Made by a program: the position numbers and the translations under genes | Assembly (NCBI GenBank): GCA_032718475.1 | Contig: JAUCBJ010001574.1 | Coordinates: 1-64,000 of the forward strand | Direction: 5' to 3' | DNA: 64,000 nt | From: Nemertoderma westbladi | Taxonomy: Eukaryota; Animalia; Xenacoelomorpha | Shown here: positions 48,601 through 59,800 of the stretch, one piece after another | Numbering within the stretch: the first letter of the stretch is position 1 | How the letters are laid out: each line of letters opens with the position of its first letter | The notes under the pieces: model-generated | What the model saw: only the letters and a program-made list of their open reading frames with translations | What the model was told of the DNA's origin: nothing | Database searches by the model: none

Positions 48601-51399
48601 TAACTCTCCAAGGAAAACCTGAAGTACATCTAAGTCTTTGGGACGGACAGTCGAGTGACTTGTGTCGGTTGTCGTTGTCGTTGTGCGGCTACGTCGTTGG
48701 CGAAAGTACAGCGGCGACGACACATCGGCGCTGAGGATCTCGTACTGTCCGGGGTTGATTGGGGTAGGCAGCGACGCCCGCTCGCCTAAATATAAACTCA
48801 TTATAATATGGATAAACTCATATATAGCAGATATGACGGAGTTGATAGAAGATGGTCTTGGTATCGGGGAGCAATATACTCTATTTTTGCAAGCGTTTGT
48901 TGATAGCTTAATACGCGGCGACGTTAGTCCAACTGCTGCGGAGGACGATGGTCGTTATATCGAACCGCCAATGTCCCAAGAGCAGCCCGCGCGCGAGTTG
49001 GACTATAGAAAATTCGCTGCTCGATATACGCAGCGTAATGGTACGTATATGGTCTTCTTAACAACTGGTCATCCTATCGATTTACACAATACGGACTATG
49101 TCGACTATATATCCTGCCCAGCGGAGTCGGAACCATAAACTGAAATTCGAATGCGAAAATTCTATTCGAAATCGGCTCGAAAGAAAAGACACTAAAGAAA
49201 CAAATGGACGCGGTAACTCCAAAGTATATTTGGAATTCTTGATAGAAGCATTGTAACAACAAATAAATGTCACCCGCGTTTACCTTACCAGACGTGCGTC
49301 TTTGGTATTATTACGATAAACGCCCTAGACCCAAATAATAAACGGAAAGACATAAACATCCATGTAAACCGAAACTTGTTGACGTATCACCTATGCTCAC
49401 TCGGCTCGAACGATCCTGGAGTAAACCTACAATCAGCGTCCCGGAATACTCGGTCAAACCTCCTCATTCCTTAGTTGGACCTCAGACCTGCGATCCTGGT
49501 GGTGTCGCGGATCCTCGCGGACTGTATTCACTGTTCAAAGATCTAGTGCTACCCTAACAATTAATCGGTAACACTCCGACAGTGATTTCTAGCTAGCCGC
49601 CCATCTTACCTAGCTGGATTATGACGCAGACACCTAATATCATTATCCAACCGTATGGTCGTCCCGTTTAACGCGATACAACCCTTCATCAAAGTGAAGG
49701 AGAGCGTTGTACGAAACGAGTTAAACGCTATTCTATAAAGATCAAAAAGAAACCTGCGTTTGTTCAGATAAACGTAAGTTACAACAGTAAGTCCAATCGA
49801 TAAACAAATTGGCCTTATCTCAGTTCGATTGGGAAACCTCGAATCTCAAAGAAGATATCAAGCTTAGAAAACCCTATTCTCTGCGAGAGTTTTGGACGAA
49901 CGTATCCCATGACAAGCGGAGGAAAATCAGCTCGAGGAGAAGCATATCGAAATGGACGAGACACCGACCGTAAACCCAAACCTTTTAATGCAATCATATT
50001 GCACCCTTCACCCAGGAGTTATGGCCCTCCTAGTAAAGTGGCTTCCCCCAAAGAGAAAATGGCTCTTGCTAGCTTTAAAAAACTGCGTAAAAGTCGTCCG
50101 CGCAAGAAAGACTAACTGTTTAGAGTATCTTTATGTTTTAGAAACTGTGATTTTTATATTTTATAGACTGAAAATCCCATTTTCTGGGAGCGGTGTAAAA
50201 GCTTTTGCTGAATTGTCCGGTTATTTTTCCTTATTTTTCCCGTAAAATACTCTGTAGTTGGTTTACCAGGCATAAAAAGGCCGTGTCCTTGCTGTACTGG
50301 TGTTTTAGCGGACATAAAAGCTATTTCTTCTGTATTTGTACTTTAGAGGACATAATCCGTAATTCCGTGACGTAAAAGCTCGATACTCTTGAAAACAGTG
50401 TCGCTACCATGACGACGGCTAGCAGCTGATATTGCCACGTCGACGTTTCTTTGTTTCTCTGTTCTCTCGTTGTTCAGGTTGACCAATCAGAGCGTTTGTT
50501 GTCTCTGTGTTGGAGGTATATACAGAAACTCAGTAGTTCAGTGTTATGTTTTTGCCCAGAGCCTAAGAACCGGCTTTGGCACCTCCGTTTTTCAGTTTTT
50601 AGTCTTACACTAGTAGGTTTAATTATAAAGGGCATATATCCTTTAACTCATGGAATCACTGCTAACTGATCATACATACTGACTGCTGAAACATTGCAAA
50701 CTCATAACAATCAGTGTTTTCATTGTTGTTTTATACTGCTATTTACCGTCAGTTCTTCATAATATGGTTGATGAATAATTATATTTGGAATAACGATAAA
50801 TAACCCCGAAACCCAATATTCTTGATATACCGAAGGTAAGAGAGAAGGGTTAAAGAATAACGATTGTGACTTATGTTAAAGTGGTTTGAAGTGAATCTAA
50901 TGTTATTTGATAGACCCTACATGAGTCAGTCTGTGTTCCTTTTATATGTGACTAAAATCAGTGAAGATTGGCAGATTAGTGTGCAGTATTGTGCAGCATT
51001 GTGTATGAGTGAGTCTGTTAAAGAAGCAATTCCTAAAGAATGCGCCATATATGTGAATTATAATTAAGCCATATCGTTGTGAGTAGTTTAAGTCATAACT
51101 CTGTTTATATAGATAAAGCGCCACGTCCTAAAGGAACTGTTAATATTACCGAAGGTGAATAATATTGTCAGAGATTATATAGTACTGTCAGTCGAATAAT
51201 ACATTAGGCTTACATAGCAATAAAATTAAACCGTCGAACCCAATCTCCCGGGAATATCCAGCGGGTGAATGATCGCGCACAGATTGGTTTCGACTAGTGT
51301 AGTGAATCAAATACTTGTCATAGACTAAAAACCGATTTAATATCTAGAAGACATCTTAATTTGGTGGGTTAAACTGCCAAAGGTCTGAAAGCGCGAACA
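39621..51399 (+). mobile_element. BEL/Pao element C: complete ends, non-autonomous; LTRs 39621-40826 and 50194-51399
   Basis: 1206-bp LTRs with one mismatch seen (40280 C vs 50853 A). TSD CCCCA at 39616-39620 and 51400-51404; the empty site is visible in RTE copy 1 near 15525. PPT GGGAGCGG at 50186-50193. Confidence 0.97.
42985..47176 (+). pseudogene. gag-pol: gag-protease of element C with RT/RNase H and integrase largely deleted
   Basis: DUF1759-like region, BEL-type triple knuckle (CVLCDGPHHLNAC, CYNCLRRGHQRRTC, CAKCGAKHHILLH) and protease ALLDSGS. The frame jumps directly to NPTDIASRG; no YxDD. Confidence 0.9.
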
Positions 51400-54300
51400 C
51401 CCCATCATCATTATGATGATCTAAGGACATGCGTAGAACATAGTCAACCACAATAATGAACAAGAATGGTGCAAGTGTGTCTCCTTGGAGGACGCCCCAT
51501 AACACTTCAAATGGTTCTGTGTCACCATCAACAGTAGACACAAATGTTGTCGAACCATCGTATACTGATCTGATTGCTGCAATAATTTCACCAGGAATCC
51601 CATATAATGAAAGTATGCTGAACATACGTGAGCGAGAGACTGAATCAAAGGCCTTGAAGAAGTCAACAAAGATAACAGCCAGATGCCTGTCTTTCTTTTT
51701 TGATAACTCTTCAATTATCCTTCTAAGTGCCAAAATGGGCTCCATGGTCCCACGACCTTTACGGAACCCATTCTGATTTCCACGTAGCAGTCTCTCAATG
51801 GGATCCCTGATGCGATTTAATAGAATTCTATTGTATAGTTTTGCAGCAATCGAGATCAATGAGATTCCCCGAAAAGAACCATAGAGTGTTAGGTTGCCCT
51901 TCTTGGGAACTGGCACCAACTTATTTGTTTTCATTTCTTGTGGGACTCTTGTTGTACGGTACATGTCTACTATGATGGGATAGATGAGCTTTAAACACTC
52001 AGGTATTTTAAAGACCTCAGGGGGAACACCATCTACTCCACTGGCACGATTGGTCTTAATGCTCTTTGCAGCAGCCTTCACTTCTGCAAAGGAGATATCG
52101 CCAATGGGAATATCTGGGAGTACAGACTCAGACACTTTTACTTCTATAAAGTTATCAGGCAATACCCTGTCATTATTGAGGAGCTTTTCAAAGTGGGCTT
52201 TCCAACCATTGAGGCGATCGGCTGGTGATTCAGCCTTAACCTTGGTGGTTGGTTGGCTTTTCCGCCCAGTAAGCAGATTGATCGATTTCCATGCTACGGG
52301 TCATGGTGTATAAATATACTGTAATATAATAATAATATAAATTATGATATTTTTTTTCGATTCGTTATTCCCAAATATGCTTCGCTTCGTTTCGTTTTCC
52401 TTTCGTTAAAGGCCCTTCCGCGCAGCTTTTTTTTGAGCTTTTTTTCAAGCTTTTTTTAATTAAAACAATTTCTAGGAATTAATTGCTTCAAGATGAATCT
52501 GCGAATTTTCGAATACTAAAACCTAAAATATAGAATAAAGCTCAAAAAAAGCTTGAAAAAAGGTTTGAAAAAAAACTAAAAAAAAAAGCTTGAAAAAAGC
52601 TAGAAAAGAAAGCTCAATAAATATCAATAAAATAAATAAGCCATCCCTGAATATAATATAATAATAATAATTATTATTATTATATTACCTCCAGCGAACG
52701 CTAATTATTGCAATCGTTTAATGCCTACATCTCAGGTGTTTCTAAACGAATTCAGTCATTGTTATACTGTATGTTTGGAATCCTTGCAACGTAACTTTTC
52801 TATTGATATAGATAAAACCGGTTCCTTACAAAAGCAAACCACGCCACAACGTGGGGGGTCATCAGGGGGGATTCTCCCAAGGACGTATTGATTCTCCCAA
52901 GTAGGGCGTACTGTATGTGTGACATCGATTTTATTATTTGAAAAAGGACCTTACACAGAACGATTAATTAGAATTATATTAAGGCAACGGCAACAATGAA
53001 CAGCGCAAATATCTTAGACTTCATGATTTATAGTGCACAAAGTACATGTAGGAAGTTTAGCCCAAAATCGTCACTTTAGCCAGTGAATCGCTAATATGTG
53101 TGACCGACTGTAGCGTGACCGTACTGTATGTATCTGTGTATAAATTGTCAATTTTATTCACAATATGTATAATTTTATTTACGTCATACAGCCGTACTAT
53201 CTTCACATGTTCATTGTTTATAATGGTTATACGTGTCTCTTGTAGGCCTATATGTTCTTGTTAGCTCTATTTTATTTTTTATATTTAATGTCAATTAAAC
53301 AATTCCAATTCCTATCCCGAAGACACTTATAATTACAGTATATTTAATTCTTTTTATCCGTTTTCTAGCAATACAATAATCGATACGCAATCTGACAAAA
53401 TTTATAGTAAACACAGTATGCCCGATCCACCTTCACGCGGACTGAGCGCTATTTTCCTGAAAAACCGACATTGTCGGTTTGTTTTGTTATTCGCCGCAGC
53501 TTCCAAGCATGGTGAGGCCTCTTTTTCTCCGTCATATTTGAAGTTGCGCTGCCCCTACAGCCAAATCTAAGGGCTGAAAATTGGAGGCAACTGGCCTCCA
53601 CGAGAAGACTTATACTGTAAAGGCTTTTGCGGATATAACTAGTCATTTTCCCCGCAAAGTACTCTGTAGGTGTTTTAGCTGACATAAAAAGCCGTTTTTC
53701 TTACTGTGTAGGTGTTTTAGTGGACATAAAAAGCCATTTTTCTGTATGTGTACTTTAGCGGACATAACAAGCCATTTTATGCCGCAATACGCCAAAATAC
53801 TCTTAATACAGTGTGGCTTAGATGACGAAATCTATCAGCTGATTTTGATGTCGATGTGGAGCTTTCTTAACTCTCTTTGTTCAGCTCACTCGACCAATCA
53901 GAGCGATTTTCATTTTATTTTGTACAGAAGCCTACGGGAAATCACGCAATGCATGACGGTTTTTGTTTACCTTTTTCCTGAGCCCAGAACATCGGCTTTG
54001 GAATTATTCTTAGTTTCAGACTTTAGCCAAACATTCGACGGCTTTGATTATAGGAACGTATAACTGTTATCGCAGTGCCAGACTCATACCAAACTGGACA
54101 CACAAATGCAGGTCATATTATACTATACGTACGGTTACCTGTAGCAATTGCGACTTACATTATAGTGGTTTTGGAGTGAATTGAATGCTATTTCATAATC
54201 CCTACATGTGTCAGTTACTATTCTCCTTATATATGATCAAATTTAGTGAAGGTCGGCAGATCAGTGTGCAGCAGTGTGCGGTAGTGTGCATGAGTGTGAC

Positions 54301-54594
54301 AGATAACAAAGCATTTCCTAAAGAATGCGCTTTATACGAAAATCATTAGCCATCCCGTTGTGTTTAGTGTAAGTCATAACTCTGTTTACATACTTAAAGC
54401 GCCACGTCCTAAAGGAACTGTTAATATTTCCCGAAAGTAAATAATATTTGTCCGAGATTATATATTAACGATCAATCGAATAGTATAGTAAGTCTACACC
54501 GCAATAAGGTCAGAGCCTCCGAATCCAGTCTCCCTTAACTGTGGGTGAATGGTCGCGCATAGGCTGGCTTCGGCTAATGTAACTTTATATCTTA

Positions 54595-54859
54595 CTAGCA
54601 GGCAATACCCGAGGCATGTTACCCGGTATTTCCCGCTACCGGCATATGCCTACTGGCGTACTGGTACCGGTATAGGCCTACTGACGTACCGGTACCCAGT
54701 ACCGGTACCGAACTTGAATTATACTTTTCGAAAAGTGGCCTATAACGACCGCTGGTTAAAGTTATACACACATGCCAAGTTCCAGCGCAATCCCTCCGCC
54801 CGTTTTGGAGGAGTTCGAACACAGAAAGAAAGAGAGAATTTGATTTTTATAGGTATAGA
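54595..54859 (-). mobile_element. Short non-autonomous Helitron inserted in LTR D
   Basis: Absent from the other LTR copies. The minus strand reads A|TC...CTAG|T with a subterminal hairpin (AATACC...GGTATT, 54604-54630). No clear TSD. Confidence 0.75.
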
Positions 54860-56883
54860 TATGCAACAAATACTTGTTATAGGCTAAAGTCGATTTATAA
54901 ACTAGAAGACACCTAAAATTAGCGGGTTAAACTGCTAAAGGTCTAAAAGCGCGAACAATAACAGTTATTGTAGTTTCTTTATTGCAACGTAGGCAATAAA
55001 GTCGAAGGTACCGGTCGAACGGTGAGCTGTAGGCCTAACTGCCCAACTGCACGAACCGGTACTTACAGGTACATCAGTATTATTCGATTTTGATAATTAT
55101 ATACCGGTAGGTCTTGATATTTAATCAGGGACTGCAGCCCTGGTTTTTATTGGGATTTTACTTATTTCTGTCAGTTTTATTTATCTGTAAGTTAATATTG
55201 AGCAGAAGGCGTGTAAGCCTGCTCAGATTGTATAAATAATTTGTAGGCTGGATTGTTGTCTGGTTGTTGTTAAGTCTGAAGAGATTGCAGTGTGTGTAGA
55301 GTGTATGTCCGATAAAGTACTAGTTAGGAACGTGGGGGCATCCAGAGCTGTAAGGTAAATCCCCCCCCCCCCCCCCCCCCCCGAAAGAATAAGTCGTACT
55401 ACTCGGTTAGAACGAGTACTAACTAACCATTTCGGAGTCTGCATATACTGTAGTTTATTTAGGCTTGATAGTAGTCTGCAGGCGTTTGGTCTGTATTTTG
55501 TTTGTGTAGTCTGTACGGGTAGCGTAATATTTATTATTCAGAGTTTATGCGATTATTCGCAACATACACAACCCCAAGTTTATTCCTACAGTAATTGTGC
55601 TTGTTATACATACCGTTATAGTTAAATTAACCCCGGTACTACATCAGGGCTGTTTGGCGTAGGTAAAGACTGGTGATTTTATGCTCTAGTCACTCCAGCA
55701 GATACTGTGGTTCTTTTAGCTGTACAAGTATATTTAACTGCTGGTTATTTGTTGTATAAGTACTTGTACCTAATTTAGGGTTTAGTGTACAGTGCTTTCC
55801 GAAGGTAATTAGTTTGTAGGCAGTATATTTGTGTTGTAAAGTGGTTAATAGGCACGTTAGCTATAGTTGGCTGCGGTAATTAACTTCTAGGTAGGAACAC
55901 TCCGGGTACATAACGTAGTACTTATAGAGCTGTAAGCTAGAGACTATAAGTCGTCAGACGGTGGTATTTTCTTATCTAGACAACGCAATATATTTACTAC
56001 TGCTTAATTATTTTCAAATACCGTAGTATCCTGTCCGTTGTAATAACCAGAAATTCTAACCCCTTGTTAGGCTGGTTTGTAGATTTCTTGTAAAATTAAC
56101 CCTAAAATTTGTACGTGTAATTTTTGTGTTTATTTAGAGATTGTAATCTCACCCCTTAATTGTACGTAATTTGTAGTAATAAGTAACTTAGTAAATTAGA
56201 ATTATTTGTTTTAGTGTCCAATAAGTAGCACTCCACTGAGAGCGTTCAGCTTCTGTGAAGTGACTCCTTACCTAGAAATAATAACATTTATTTCGAATAT
56301 TGTCAAAACCCATTAAACGGGTATATATATATATTATAAATCAACTCAAACCGATTTATAAAATAGTAGGCCTGTTATACATAAATTAGGTCTTAATATC
56401 AGTTGGACTACTGCTTAAATAACGGTAATAAAGTGAAGTAAAGTAACTAGGTAACCCTAAAATTCAGAAATTCAATTATTCTAAAATAATTGACATACCG
56501 GTATTTACGATAGGCTTATTATATTTATTCTATAAATTTATGCTGAAATTATATACCGGTATTCTGTAATTAATTTAGTCTATAATTATACTTATATATA
56601 CTACAAGTGTAAGCTGTATACCGGTATTCACGGTAGGCTTATTATATATTTATATATATTTATGCTGAAATTATATACCGGTATTCTGTGACAAACCCTA
56701 GTCTGTAATAATACATATATATATACTATAAGTGTATACCGGTATTCTAATATATTGTATATATATCACGTTACACTGAGTAACGATATCGGTAATTAAT
56801 TACTAGGCTTTTAGTTGATACTGAATTACTAGACTTGCTTTAACTGTAGTTCTAGCAGTAGGCATTCAACTGTACAAATAAAC

Positions 56884-59800
56884 ATGGCTGACACAAAGCA
56901 AAACCTGTCAGGCAGTCTCCTAGATACAACAATCTGTGATCCAAATAGGATTGCGGAACGTTTGAGACCGAAGTTCAACTCCCCTCCTACTGTAAGAAAG
57001 GTCATCCCTCCAGTAGTAGTATCAGACCCTAGGCTAGTTAAACACCGTAGGTCTATCATAGGCACTCGGGCTCAAGTCAAGCGGGACCAAGAGGCAGCTG
57101 TTAAACAACAGCAACACTCGAGCCGAGAACTTATTTCTCAGCGGCCCGATAGCTCCAGTAGTTCAGATACTGTAGAGTTGACACCCGAGCGCGGAGCAAA
57201 AATGGCAGATGCAGTTTATTCGGATCCACTTCTCATTCTTCATGAAGCCGTACTCACTAGAGTATTGATTGCGGTGGAGGAACATCAAATGGATTGGGCG
57301 AGAAGTAAGCGATCGACCAAGGACAGTTATGCGGGATACACGAAGGAGGAACTGAAGTCTATTGTCGAGACGCAATGGAATTTCCCCGGACCCGGACTCC
57401 CGTTTAACTTATCAGAAGCTGCCTGGGAGGACTTATACAGGATGGGAGTGGTAAGGGACACTAGAGATCCAGCTGTGTGGAAGAGGTCGGCAGCAGGATA
57501 TGTACAGGGATTCTTCAGCTCTCTGGAGCGATTAGAGGAACAACTGTTTCAACAACCCCAAGGACCTCAAGAGCAGGGAGAGCTGCTTTATCAAGTTCGA
57601 GAAAGAATTCTAAGAATCAGACTAATCCTATCGGCCTTTGAGGAAGCTTCGAAAAGAAGCCAAGACACGTCGTTGCAATTTGCCGTAAAGACTTGGTTCC
57701 AGCGGGTGGGTCTCAAAGTTCAAGGAACGGCCCAGTGGAAATTTCAGCTGGCTGAGCGCTCAACCCACGGAGAATCAACAGACGCTACCTTTTCTCAAGT
57801 GGAAAGCGAAGCGACAGCAGAGAAACCTCAGAAGAAGGACGCTATTGACATATATCTGTCGGACTATCAACGATTTCTAGGTGATGAAGAGTTGAGGAGA
57901 CGGCTGGCTGGACCTCGTCCTAATAGTGAAGGAGCCAAGTTTGTGTTGGACGCAATAGATGCGGAAAGGTTAGAAGCGGATCGAGCTAAATTTGATGAAA
58001 GAATCCGCATCGTTAGGGAACAGGAAGAACAATTAAAGAAAAAACAAAAAAGCTGCAGTGGCAGAGGCAGAAAGAAAAGCGGCAGCGGCAGCGGCAGAGG
58101 CAGAAAGAAAAGCGGCAGTGGCAGAGGCAGAAAGAAAAGCGGCAGCTGCAGAAGCCGAAAGAACTGCGGCGGAGGCAGTGGTAGAAGCAGAACGGAAGGC
58201 ATCTGAAGAGACAACCCAACTAGAGTTGGAAAATCTTCAAGAGAAGCAAGACTACTTAAATAAACATATAACAGCTAGTCAGATGCAGCTGATAAGTCGA
58301 TCTACTCCCAAGCGACAGGGATTTACATCATCTGATGAAGGCGAGACAACAGATCCTGAAGGCGGAGGAAATAGATCTCGTCTCAGCAGGCGTAGAAGAA
58401 TGCCCCACCGTCAGAAATTGCCTAATTTGCCCCCAGCCGTGAGAAGGCAACTAGCTAGCACAGACTTAGGTAGTACAGAACCCACAGACCAAATTATGAG
58501 AGTAGAAAGACTCCCTATTATAGTAGATGAGCCTGAAATAATTAGGCCTGTTCTCGAAGCCACCCCTTCTGTGATAGAGACCCCTGTACTTCCAGAACTT
58601 AACTCTAAATTCCCTTTGCATAGTACTAAACTACCTGTATCCAGTAGGACAGTTCCTCAGTCAACTCCGGTCCTGGACGCCGAGCGAGACATTAACAATT
58701 TGTCACCCTTCGTCCCTCGTCTACCCGCTACTATGTTGGCGGCTCCCGCTTCGGCGGTAGAGTGGGTGGATGAGCGACGGCAGGGGATGGATATTCTCCT
58801 CGGGCAGATAGAGGAGAATCAGGCACGCTCCTCCCAGCAGGTCCGAGAGTTGGAGGGGACTGTTCAACAGTTAAGGGGAACAGTAAGAGAGAGTAGGTTA
58901 GAATTGCAGGAAGTGCAGCAGAGTATCGCATTAGAACGAGATAAGTTAGTAAATCTACAAAAGGGTGTACCACCACCCTCTGTAAAAATGTGTCAACCTG
59001 TTAGGTCTGAAGTATTTCATGCGCAAGGTGTGGAGCCTACACGCATCTATACTGCTAGTGAAGTAGAAACTCCTATAGTAAACCCTATTAAGGGTAATTA
59101 TAAACCTGTTGACAATGATATTCCATATAGACCTGATAATAATCCGAGAAATTTATATACCGATAACTCGATATTAAATAATACGATGGCCCAAGAAAGT
59201 TTTACGCGTCAAATGGCTAGAACCGAAGCCCGTCAAGCGGTAAAGGTGGGAGAGATCGTCAAGTTCAATGGAGATGAGATGAAATGGTTACCTTTTAATG
59301 AATATTATAAAGATAACATACAGAACTCTGTGCTATCTAACGGAGAGAAACTTAGATTCCTCATCGAGTGTTTGGAAGGACCTCCCAAGTTAATGGCATT
59401 AAAGTTTATTGGACATCCAGATGGATTAAGACAAGTTTGGGATACACTAAACATCAGGTATGGTAATAGGACAAACATAGCTAGGTATTTGTATGCAAAA
59501 TTGGTAGCATCCCGAAAGTTCATTAGCAGCAGGATTATAGAGTTTTCCGATGAGATTCAGGAGATCTGTAGACAACTAGATTGGTTAGGTAAGTCTCATG
59601 AATATCAGAGTTCCATGGTTATTGGAGCCGTAGCCTCTACTTTGCCCAAGGGTGGAGTAGGTACTCGCTGGGACAAGAAAGTGCTCTATATGATGGACCA
59701 GCAACAAAGAGACCCTACCATGGCTGATCTCATGTCATTCTTAAATGGAGAGGTAAGATTACAGCTCCTAAAGCAGTCCCGAGAGAAGACACCGGATAAT

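Larger units (their letters stand above)
38729..52294 (-). mobile_element. RTE-clade LINE copy 2 (5'-truncated, ~1.8 kb net), split by BEL element C
   Basis: RT motifs FRGISL, QNGFRKGRGT, FVDFFKAFDSV and GVLQGDTLAPFLF (51400-52162) continue as LDFADD and FCYLGS (38766-39620). 7-bp TSD TACGGGT at 38722-38728 and 52295-52301. Confidence 0.92.

Noticed and set aside
47177-50193. env gene in element C
   Set aside because: No signal peptide, furin site, Cys pattern or transmembrane helix recognisable.
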